Source: Gemmatimonas sp. (GTDB taxonomy: Bacteria; Gemmatimonadota; Gemmatimonadetes; Gemmatimonadales; Gemmatimonadaceae). From it: a DNA stretch of 64,000 nt. How positions within the stretch are numbered: position 1 is the stretch's first letter; the number at the start of each line of letters is the position of its first letter. The notes beneath the pieces are model-generated. The model was not told where the DNA came from, ran no database searches, and saw only the letters and a program-made list of their open reading frames with translations. The DNA lies in assembly GCA_965279375.1 (NCBI GenBank), contig OZ257156.1:4000001-4064000 (forward strand), read 5' to 3'. Shown here piece after piece: positions 37,355 to 45,471 of the stretch. The position numbers were made by a program, and so were the translations under genes.

Positions 37355-38476
37355 TCAGACGATTTCGAGCAATTCGCGAGGGAAGTGCGTCAGGACTTTC
37401 GCGCCGTCATCCAACAACAGCACGTCATCCTCGATGCGCACGCCCCCCCATCCCGCCCGGTAGATCCCGGGCTCGATGGTCACGACGGCTCCCCTCGGGA
37501 GAGGAGCGTCGACGGTCTTGGCCAAGCGCGGCGCCTCGTGCACCTCGAGCCCAATGCCATGCCCGAGCGAGTGCCCAAACTCTTCGCCAAACCCGCGGGC
37601 GTGAATGTAGTCGCGTGCGAGCGCATCTGCAGCCATCCCCCGCATTCCAACCCGAATCGCACCCGAAGCGCGAGCATTTGCCTCGAGAACTACGTCGTAG
37701 ACCTCCCGTTGCTCGGCGCTCGCCGCCCCCAACACCACCGTTCGCGTGATGTCCGAGCAATAGCCGTCCGCAACTGCGCCGAAGTCGAGCAACACGAAAT
37801 CGCCTCGCTCGAGCACCCGCTCGCCCGCCCGTGCATGCGGCAGCGCCGATCGCGGACCGCTGGCCACGATGGAAGCGAACGGATATGCCTCGCTGCCGCG
37901 TTCACGCAGCTGCCGCTCGAGGAGCCCCGCCACCTGCGTCTCCGTCAGCCCCGGGCGCAGGAGCGGCAGCGTGTCATGCAGCGCCCCCTCGGCGATCGCA
38001 ATCGCGCGGTCGATGGCCTGCAGTTCCTCCGCGTCCTTAGTCGCGCGGAGCGTCTCGACCGCGTCCACCGTAGGGCGCCATTGCCAGCGCCCGCCCTGCT
38101 CCAGCAAGCGCTGGAAGTCACGGTGCAGCAGGTGCGCAGACTCGAAGCCGACCCGATCGACGCCCGTCATCGTGGGAAGCTGCGCCCAGAGTCCCGACCA
38201 GAGGTTGGATGGCTCGATGCGCACCGTCGTCGCGGACCCGACTTCCTCTTGCACCTGCGTCGCGTATCGGAAATCGGTCAACAGAATGCAATCGCGCGCC
38301 GTGACCACGACGAGCCCATTGCTCCCCGAGAAGCCGGTCAGGTATCGGATGTTGGGGAGACTCGCCACGAGCAGGGCGTCGAGGTCAGCCCGCCCCAGTG
38401 CTTCACGCAGCGCCAGCAGACGCGCGGGGAGCTGCGCCGGCGGCGGCGTCACTGCCTGTCGCTCACGCGCCCGCAC
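37355..38476 (-). CDS. Xaa-Pro aminopeptidase (M24 family)
   Basis: NIRYLTGF, TDFRY, LDFGA, YCSDITRT, HSLGHGIGLEVHE, TIEPGIY, GVRIEDD. Start may be GTG 38452. Confidence 0.93.
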   Translation of the reverse strand: MRARERQAVTPPPAQLPARLLALREALGRADLDALLVASLPNIRYLTGFSGSNGLVVVTARDCILLTDFRYATQVQEEVGSATTVRIEPSNLWSGLWAQLPTMTGVDRVGFESAHLLHRDFQRLLEQGGRWQWRPTVDAVETLRATKDAEELQAIDRAIAIAEGALHDTLPLLRPGLTETQVAGLLERQLRERGSEAYPFASIVASGPRSALPHARAGERVLERGDFVLLDFGAVADGYCSDITRTVVLGAASAEQREVYDVVLEANARASGAIRVGMRGMAADALARDYIHARGFGEEFGHSLGHGIGLEVHEAPRLAKTVDAPLPRGAVVTIEPGIYRAGWGGVRIEDDVLLLDDGAKVLTHFPRELLEIV

Positions 38477-38490
38477 TCATGCGCACGCAC

Positions 38491-38931
38491 TCACGTGCGA
38501 GCGCGCAGGGCCGCGATCAAACCACGCAGACCGAACTCATAGCCATCCGCGCCCAACCCGCAGATCGTGCCGATCGCGGCGGAGGCCAGCATCGAATGAT
38601 GCCGCACGGCCTCGCGCGCATGGACGTTGCTTAGGTGCACCTCGACGAACGCGAGCGAAGTCGCCGTGAAGGCATCTCGCAGCGCGAGGCTCGTGTGCGT
38701 GTAGGCGCCGGCGTTGACGACCACGCCATCCACACTTCCACGCCAACTGTGCAGGATGTCGATCAATTGCCCTTCGCCATTGGCCTGCGCGCACACAACG
38801 GACGCACCAAGCTCCTCCGCAACTTCCCCCAGCCGGGCCTCGATCTGCGCGAGCGTAGTCGTGCCGTACACGGCAGGCTCGCGTACGCCGAGGAGGTTCA
38901 GGTTGGGGCCATTCAAGACACCGATTTTCAC
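38491..38931 (-). CDS. aroQ: Type II 3-dehydroquinate dehydratase
   Basis: LNGPNLNLLGVREPAVYG, NAGAYTHTS, EVHLSN. Confidence 0.97.
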   Translation of the reverse strand: MKIGVLNGPNLNLLGVREPAVYGTTTLAQIEARLGEVAEELGASVVCAQANGEGQLIDILHSWRGSVDGVVVNAGAYTHTSLALRDAFTATSLAFVEVHLSNVHAREAVRHHSMLASAAIGTICGLGADGYEFGLRGLIAALRART

Positions 38932-41639
38932 GTCGAGCCGAGTCCCTTGAGCCAGGCAGAAAACTGAGCGAGATCGTCGCTGACCGGAGCCGCGGGATCT
39001 TCCGTGGGCGTGGGTGCGGCACCGGGCGCCGGCTGCGACGCGGGATCCGGGAAGAAGCGGTCAAAGGAGAAGCCGGCATTTCCCGCCGCGGCGGCATCGA
39101 TGCTGGCGTTGTCTTTCAATGACACCAAGGCTGGCGCATCGAAAGTCTGCGGCGCTCCCTCGCTCGCGGCGATGTCCGGGATCGAGAAATCGAGCAGACC
39201 GTCCGACGCCTCGTCGGCTTCCGTAATGGGCGCAAACGCATCGGCGAGCGCGCGCGCCGCCGCGTCATCGTCGGATGACGCCACACGATCGCCAAAGAGC
39301 ACGGCAAGGCCGGTTCCCTGCTCCTCGATGGCGGGCGCTGCCTGGGCAGGAGTCCGACGAGGCACGCGCCGCGCCGCGAGGCGCGCAAAACGCTCGCGAG
39401 CGGTGATGACGGCGGCGCCTGCAGCCCCAGCGCCAAACGCCGGCGTGGCGTACACCGGCGTGGCATACGCGGGCGTCGAGTAGGCCGGCGTGGGGAACGC
39501 GGGCGTCGGGTACGCCGGGCTGCTGTAGGCCGGCGTCACGTAGCCAAACGACGTCTCGACCGGCGCAAAGCTCTCGAACGCTTCAGGTTCGTGCGTCGTC
39601 TCGTGGTCGGCCTCGTCGGTCTCGTCGATCTCGCCTTCCGTCGTCAATTCCGCGACAACTTCCTGCGGGGCTTCCACGCTCGGTACGGCCACGGCTTCGG
39701 CCACGGGCTCCGCTGCCTGCGCCTCCTCGATCAACTGCGCATTCAGCTCGGCGAGACGAGAGGTCAACACAGGGTCATACGGATGCCGGCGCACCAGCTC
39801 TTCGTAGACCGTCGCGGCGCGCGCGATGAAGCCCTGCGACACCAAGAGCTCGGCCATCGTCTCCGTGACGAAGGCGGGCGAGTCCGCGCTCGCCTCTTCG
39901 TCCTGCGTCGCCTCGTCGTCGTCGCTGGCCACGTCGGATTCATCCGCGTACGGCAGCGCGTCTTCCGCCAGCCAGATCGGTTCGTGCGACTCGGAGGGAA
40001 CGTCCGACGTCGACTCGTGAAGACCGGCAGGCAGCAGCTCCGACGCTTCTTCGTGCTCGTCGTGCACGAGGAAGACGGGCGAGTCGAGCGGCGTCGGCGC
40101 GGCAACGGGATCGAACGCCTCACCGAAGCTCGCCAGCGGGACCGATTCGATCAGCTCTTCGCTCGAGTCGATCGGCGAATCCAGCAAGTCGGCGAACGAC
40201 GCTTCGGGCGCGATCGCCGGTTCCAGTTCGACCGTTGAGACGACGACTTCATCCGACTCGCCAACCGTGCGCGCATCCTCGGAGAACGCCGAGGAAATCG
40301 CCTCCAGCTCGCGTGCCGATTCGGCGGCGTCATCGACGTCAGCCGGCGCGGCCAGCCAAGGAAGTTCAGTGTCGCTGGTGCCGGTCGCCTCGAGGCCGTC
40401 GTCCTGCGACTCGATGCCAAGGGCCGCCTGCTGGGCGTCCACCGTCGGTAGCTCGTCGGGCAGTTCGTCGGGCAGCTCGCTCGTCACGGCGTCGCTCTCA
40501 TCGGAAACATCTTCCAACGGGTGCGGCTCATGCGGCTCGCGTCCGAATGCAGCGACCGCTTCAGGCGTGATGTTGACCGCCACCGGCGTGACGGTGCGCG
40601 GCGTGGAGACTGAGGGCAACAACGACGACGGATCGGTCCATTCGGGCGCGATCAGCCCTTCTTCGAACGCGACTTCGTCGACGACTTCTTCTGCGGATTC
40701 GGCTGCGGGCGCGGAATCGGCGAACCAGGAGTCAGTCCGCGGCGCATCCGCAGACTTTGCAGCCAGCATTCCGAACTCGTCGTCCTGCAATGCGCTGCTC
40801 GGGTCGTTCGCGGCAAACGCACTCAGCGCATCATCCAACGAATTCAGCGCGGTTGGCGCAATGTCCATCGCCGAATCCACCAAGGGCTCCTCGGCAACAG
40901 CATGTGCGTGAGAGTCGTCGAAGGCGGCGTTGTGCTCGATGTCCGAAGGCTCGCGCGACTCGGGCGCTTCAGGCTGCGGCGCGGCCATCGGCGTCGCGGG
41001 CAGGCCGGATGCCTCGATGGCCTCGAGATCGAGCGGCGTGTAGCGCGACATGCGACGATTGACGACGTCGAAATCGACGGCGCGCAGCGCGGCATCCGGC
41101 GTGGGCACGGCACCGAGCCCGAGCGGCATCATCGGCGCGATCGGCGTGGGGACCACAGCACGCGTCTCGACGGGCACCGGCGCTGGCGCCGGCGGCGAGG
41201 AGAGAAACGCGGACGCGGCCACCCCCATCGCGGGCGTGAGGCCGGTGGAGAGGGTCGCGAGCTGCGCGGTGATCTCCTCGTTTCGCGGATCGGCGTCCAA
41301 GACGCGCTCATACCAACGGCGAGCCGCGCTGTTTTCACCCGCCGCCTTGGCGATGTCGCCCAGGTGCCGGAGCGCGATCAGGTTCTCGGGATCGAGCGCG
41401 AGCGCCTGCTCGAAGACCGTGCGTGCTTCAGGGAGCGCGCCCGACTCGTAGAGCGCCTGTCCGAAGACGATGTAGCCGCTCATGTGCCCGGGCTGCTTGG
41501 GCAGATGCTCCCGGCAGAGCGCAATGGCCTGCGTAAGATCGCCGGCCTTGCGCAGCTCGTTGGCGAGCGGTGCAAAGTATCGGCGCGGGTTCTCGTCGAA
41601 CTTTTTCCGCAGTTCGTCGATCCGGGCAGCAGTGCTCAT
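38928..41639 (-). CDS. Large TPR protein with long acidic low-complexity linker (about 903 aa)
   Basis: N-terminal TPRs (FAPLANELRKAG...ALALDPENLIALRHLG), about 500 aa rich in D/E/A/P/S, internal TPR FVTETMAELLVSQG...VYEEL, C-terminal DDLAQFSAWLKGL. GTGA overlap with aroQ. Confidence 0.85.
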   Translation of the reverse strand: MSTAARIDELRKKFDENPRRYFAPLANELRKAGDLTQAIALCREHLPKQPGHMSGYIVFGQALYESGALPEARTVFEQALALDPENLIALRHLGDIAKAAGENSAARRWYERVLDADPRNEEITAQLATLSTGLTPAMGVAASAFLSSPPAPAPVPVETRAVVPTPIAPMMPLGLGAVPTPDAALRAVDFDVVNRRMSRYTPLDLEAIEASGLPATPMAAPQPEAPESREPSDIEHNAAFDDSHAHAVAEEPLVDSAMDIAPTALNSLDDALSAFAANDPSSALQDDEFGMLAAKSADAPRTDSWFADSAPAAESAEEVVDEVAFEEGLIAPEWTDPSSLLPSVSTPRTVTPVAVNITPEAVAAFGREPHEPHPLEDVSDESDAVTSELPDELPDELPTVDAQQAALGIESQDDGLEATGTSDTELPWLAAPADVDDAAESARELEAISSAFSEDARTVGESDEVVVSTVELEPAIAPEASFADLLDSPIDSSEELIESVPLASFGEAFDPVAAPTPLDSPVFLVHDEHEEASELLPAGLHESTSDVPSESHEPIWLAEDALPYADESDVASDDDEATQDEEASADSPAFVTETMAELLVSQGFIARAATVYEELVRRHPYDPVLTSRLAELNAQLIEEAQAAEPVAEAVAVPSVEAPQEVVAELTTEGEIDETDEADHETTHEPEAFESFAPVETSFGYVTPAYSSPAYPTPAFPTPAYSTPAYATPVYATPAFGAGAAGAAVITARERFARLAARRVPRRTPAQAAPAIEEQGTGLAVLFGDRVASSDDDAAARALADAFAPITEADEASDGLLDFSIPDIAASEGAPQTFDAPALVSLKDNASIDAAAAGNAGFSFDRFFPDPASQPAPGAAPTPTEDPAAPVSDDLAQFSAWLKGLGST
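39438..39542 (-). repeat. In-frame 15-bp x7 repeat encoding (Y/F)x(T/S)P(A/V)
   Basis: YVTPA YSSPA YPTPA FPTPA YSTPA YATPV YATPA. Confidence 0.9.
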
Positions 41640-41698
41640 ACGTCGAGAACCCTCGAGTGTGATCCCGTCGCGACGCGGGGCGTCCACCATGGCGCGCC

Positions 41699-41790
41699 AA
41701 GTTAGCCGCCGTCGCTCGGGGAAGTCAATTGTGTAGCGGTTGCAGAAGTCGTGACGTCTCTTGCTTTTAGCGATTCGCGGCCGCTAGGTT
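41699..41790. promoter_or_regulatory. Putative divergent sigma70 promoters
   Basis: Minus strand TTGACT-18-TAACTT (41728-41699); plus strand TTGCTT-18-TAGGTT (41761-41790). Confidence 0.45.
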
Positions 41791-41986
41791 TCCCGGTTCG
41801 TTTCCCGGCGAAGCGAGCCATGCGATCCACGGTGGATCGAGTGCACTCGCCCCTCGCGCACCATGTGTGCGGACGGGATCTCGCCGGACCTCGGCTCGGC
41901 CACGCCCGCGGTGTGCATCCCGCAGACGTCGCGCGACCCGAGTTCTCACCCATCGTCTGTCCAACCGACCCAAGGAGTCCCGCCCC

Positions 41987-43819
41987 GTGCTGCAATCGAT
42001 GCGGAGCGCCGCGAAATACATCTGGATCATCCTCATCGTGGCGTTCGTCGGCAGCTTCCTGCTGTATGAGACGTCGGGTCTGGCGGGACGCGCTCCCGTG
42101 ACGACCTCGACCGCCGTAGGTTCGGTCAACGGTGAAGACATCCTGCTGACGACGTGGCAGAACGCGGTTACCAATCTCGAGCAGTCCGAGCAGCAGCGTC
42201 TCGGACAGGCCATCACGCTCGACCAGCGCCGCACCCTCGAAGACAATGCGTTCGAGCAGCTCGTCAACGAGGTGTTGTTGCAGCAGGAGTACAAGCGTCG
42301 CGGCATCACGGTTACAGACGACGAAATCCTCGAAGCGGCACGCGTTGCCCCGCCACCGCAGGCGGCGCAGTCGCCCGAGCTGCAGACGGACGGCCGTTTC
42401 GACATCGAGAAGTACCGCCGCCTGATCGCCAGCCCGATGGCGCGCCAGTCAGGCATGCTGGCCGGTCTCGAGGCGTACTACCGCACCGAGATCCCCAAGC
42501 AGAAGCTCTTCGATCAGATCTCCTCGGACGTCTTCGTGACCGACGAGCGCGTGTGGCAGACCTATAAGGATCGCCACGACTCGACGCAGGTCAGCTTCGT
42601 GCTGCTGCGCCCCGAGACGCTGACGGACACGAACGTCACCGTCACGGACGCTGAGATCTCGCAGTTCTACGAGCGCAACAAGAAGCGCTTCGAGCGCCCG
42701 GCTCGTGCCGTTGTGTCACTCCTTTCCGTATCGCGCACGGTCACGCCGTCGGATTCGGCCGAAGCGAAGGCGCACATCGAGAAGATCCGCGCCGAACTCG
42801 CGACGGGCGCCAAGTTCGAAGACGTCGCCAAGCGCGAGTCGATGGACAGCGTTTCCGGCGCGCAGGGTGGCGCGTTGGGCAAGGGGCCGAAGGGTCGTTT
42901 CACGCCCAAGTTCGAGGACGTGGCCTTCACGCTCAAGACGGGCGAGATCTCGCAGCCCGTACTGACGCCGTTCGGCTGGCACATCATCAAGCTGATGGGC
43001 CGCACGGGCGACACGCTCGACCTGAGCCACATCCTGATCAACATCACGCAGAGTGATTCGTCGGCGACGCGTACCGATCGTCGCGCCGACTCGCTGGCCA
43101 GCCAGGCGGGCAGCCTGGAAGACCCCAAGAAGTTCGACGCCGCCGCCAAGGCGCTCGGTCTGACGCCGGCATCCGCCGTCGCGATCGAGAAGGAGCCGCT
43201 GACGTTCGCCGGCCGCTATGTGCCGAGCGTGAGCGCGTGGGCGTTCTCTGGTGTGCGTGCGGGTGAGACGAGCGATCTGTTCGATGCACCCGAGGCGTAC
43301 TATCTCGCGCGTCTCGACTCGCTGACGCCGTCGGGCACGCAGTCGCTCGCGGAGGTCAAGAACGAGATCCGCGGTCGCCTCGCTCGCGACAAGCGAATCG
43401 AGAAGCTTCGCCCGGCCGCCGAGCAGCTCATCGCGGCCGCCAAGTCTTCGTCGCTCGAAGCTGCCGCTGCGTCACGTCAGCTGACGGTCGAGAAGTCGAA
43501 GATGTTCACGCGCGTCGATGCAGTGCCGGGCATCGGTCAGTTCAATCAGGGCATCGGCGCATCGTTCACCGCGCCGGTCGGACAGATCGCCGGTCCAGTC
43601 ACTGGCGCCGATGGTATGCTCGTGATTCGCGTCGATGCGCGTACGCAGGCCGACAAGGTCGCCTTCGAAGCGCAGAAGCTCGAACAGAAGGCGCAGCTCA
43701 CGAACTCGCTGCGTCAGCAGCGCGTCGAGGAGTTCCTCACGGGACTTCGCCAGAGCGTGAAGGTGGACGATCAGCGCACCAAGGTTCTCTCGCAGCTGCG
43801 CCGCCAGTCGGGCACCTGA
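41987..43819 (+). CDS. PpiD/SurA-like membrane-anchored peptidyl-prolyl isomerase chaperone
   Basis: AAGGAG RBS and GTG start; MLQSMRSAAKYIWIILIVAFVG TM, VGSVNGEDI, parvulin FEDVAKRESMD...GGALG...FEDVAFTLKTGEISQPVLTPFGWHIIK. Confidence 0.9.
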   Translation: MLQSMRSAAKYIWIILIVAFVGSFLLYETSGLAGRAPVTTSTAVGSVNGEDILLTTWQNAVTNLEQSEQQRLGQAITLDQRRTLEDNAFEQLVNEVLLQQEYKRRGITVTDDEILEAARVAPPPQAAQSPELQTDGRFDIEKYRRLIASPMARQSGMLAGLEAYYRTEIPKQKLFDQISSDVFVTDERVWQTYKDRHDSTQVSFVLLRPETLTDTNVTVTDAEISQFYERNKKRFERPARAVVSLLSVSRTVTPSDSAEAKAHIEKIRAELATGAKFEDVAKRESMDSVSGAQGGALGKGPKGRFTPKFEDVAFTLKTGEISQPVLTPFGWHIIKLMGRTGDTLDLSHILINITQSDSSATRTDRRADSLASQAGSLEDPKKFDAAAKALGLTPASAVAIEKEPLTFAGRYVPSVSAWAFSGVRAGETSDLFDAPEAYYLARLDSLTPSGTQSLAEVKNEIRGRLARDKRIEKLRPAAEQLIAAAKSSSLEAAAASRQLTVEKSKMFTRVDAVPGIGQFNQGIGASFTAPVGQIAGPVTGADGMLVIRVDARTQADKVAFEAQKLEQKAQLTNSLRQQRVEEFLTGLRQSVKVDDQRTKVLSQLRRQSGT

Positions 43820-43836
43820 TCGAGGGAAGGACAACG

Positions 43837-43873
43837 CAAAGCCCCCGTGATCGCGATGATCACGGGGGCTTTG
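43837..43873. terminator. Probably bidirectional intrinsic terminator
   Basis: CAAAGCCCCCGTGATC-GCGAT-GATCACGGGGGCTTTG between convergent genes. Confidence 0.85.
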
Positions 43874-43927
43874 TATTGCTCGTCAGTCAGAGAAGCACGC
43901 CGAACTTCGACGTGACTCCCAGCTATT

Positions 43928-44179
43928 TCAGCTGATCAGCCGCTTGGGCTCGGGGCGCTCTTCCTCTCGCACCGGCTCGGCCGAGCCAGAAGCGACACGA
44001 TCATTACGTGGCGCAGGCTCCGTGATCTGGCGCTGTGCGTCGCTGATGTTCCGCTTGAACTCGTTGATGCCCTTTCCGAGCGAACCCGCGATCTCGGGGA
44101 TGCGCTTGGCGCCGAAGAGGAGCAGCACGATGACGAGAATGATGAGAATCTCGCCGAAACCAAAGTTGCCAAAATTCAT
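43928..44179 (-). CDS. tatA: Twin-arginine translocase TatA/TatE
   Basis: GEILIILVIVLLLFGAKRIPEIAGSLGKGINEFK. Confidence 0.95.
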   Translation of the reverse strand: MNFGNFGFGEILIILVIVLLLFGAKRIPEIAGSLGKGINEFKRNISDAQRQITEPAPRNDRVASGSAEPVREEERPEPKRLIS

Positions 44180-44188
44180 GAGGGGCTC

Positions 44189-44467
44189 CTAGAACAGGGA
44201 CCGCGCGATAAGGTAGGCGATCAACACCCCCAGCAGACTCAACAACGAGACGTCCAGGGCAACGGGTCCAACCGCGAACTTCAATATAATCAAGTCGATC
44301 GGCAGCGGACCGATAGAGGGCGTGACGCCAGTCGTGAGAAATTCTTTGACCGCGCCCGCCGGGAGAAAACGCCGAGCCACTTGTGTGAGGAGCCCACCGG
44401 CGACGAAGCCGCTGGCAAGGACGAGCACATGAAACACCGGCCGGTGTTTCGAAGGTCCACGGGCCAT
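44189..44467 (-). CDS. Small membrane protein, DUF4321-like
   Basis: TM, then IDLIILKFAVG...VSLLSLLGVLIAY pattern; TGATG overlap with the upstream gene. Confidence 0.75.
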   Translation of the reverse strand: MARGPSKHRPVFHVLVLASGFVAGGLLTQVARRFLPAGAVKEFLTTGVTPSIGPLPIDLIILKFAVGPVALDVSLLSLLGVLIAYLIARSLF

Positions 44468-45471
44468 CACCAGCGCCGCTGCACGACGTACGAAATCGCG
44501 TCCACGAGGGCGGAACGGGCTGGGCTTTCGGGAAGGTCGGCGAGCGACTCCTCCGCTTCGCGCGCGAACTGATCTCCGCGACGACGGGCGTACTCGAGGC
44601 CACCGTTCGCCCGGACAATGCCGATCACCTCGGCGATGGCGTCGTCTTCGGGCTCGGTCGACGCGAACAACGCCTCGACACGTGTGCGATCGCTGCCGGA
44701 CATTTCACGGAGCGCGGCGATGAGTGGTAGCGTGACCTTGTGCTCCTTGAGATCGAGACCACCGGGCTTGCCGGTCATCTCCTGCCCTTCCGTGTAGTCG
44801 AGCAGATCGTCGGCCACCTGGAACGCCATGCCGAGACGTTCGCCGTAACGAACCAGCGCATCGCGGTGGCGCGGGGCGCCGCACAGCGCGCCTACGTCGC
44901 ACGCGGCCACGAAGAGCGAGGCCGTCTTGGCCCGAATGAGCGTTTCGTAGTCTCGCTCGGTGAATGCCAGCGCATCGAACGCGGAGAGCTGTCGCATCTC
45001 GCCGAGCGTCATCTCGTTGGAGGCATTGGTAATGGCACCCATCGCCTCGAGATCGCCGAGCCGCACGAGTTCGCGAAGTGCGCGAAGATACAGATAGTCG
45101 CCCATGATCACCGAGACCTGGTGACTGAAGAGCGAATTCACCGTGGGCATGCCGCGACGCAGCGCGGAGTGATCCACCGCATCGTCGTGCACGAGCGTCG
45201 CAAGGTGGATCAACTCAACCACCGCGGCATACGTGACGGCTCGTGGCTGCGACCGATCTTCCACGGCGCTCGAGAGGAGGAGCAGCGTCGGGCGAAAGAG
45301 TTTCCCCTTCATGCCCATCAGATGCTCCTGCACCTCCTGCACGAGCGGCACGTCGGCGGACACAATGCGCCAGAGTTCCTGCGACACCGCGCCGAGTTGG
45401 TGATGAATCGGCGACTGGATGTCACGGAGCGCGGCGGCGAGTGCCGTCGGAGTGCGAGTGGTCAGCGTCAT
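44467..45471 (-). CDS. Long-chain polyprenyl diphosphate synthase (IspB/HepT-like)
   Basis: GKLFRP, ELIHLATLVHDDAVD..RRG, GDYL, KTASLF, AFQVADDLLD, GKP, KVTLP. Confidence 0.93.
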   Translation of the reverse strand: MTLTTRTPTALAAALRDIQSPIHHQLGAVSQELWRIVSADVPLVQEVQEHLMGMKGKLFRPTLLLLSSAVEDRSQPRAVTYAAVVELIHLATLVHDDAVDHSALRRGMPTVNSLFSHQVSVIMGDYLYLRALRELVRLGDLEAMGAITNASNEMTLGEMRQLSAFDALAFTERDYETLIRAKTASLFVAACDVGALCGAPRHRDALVRYGERLGMAFQVADDLLDYTEGQEMTGKPGGLDLKEHKVTLPLIAALREMSGSDRTRVEALFASTEPEDDAIAEVIGIVRANGGLEYARRRGDQFAREAEESLADLPESPARSALVDAISYVVQRRW

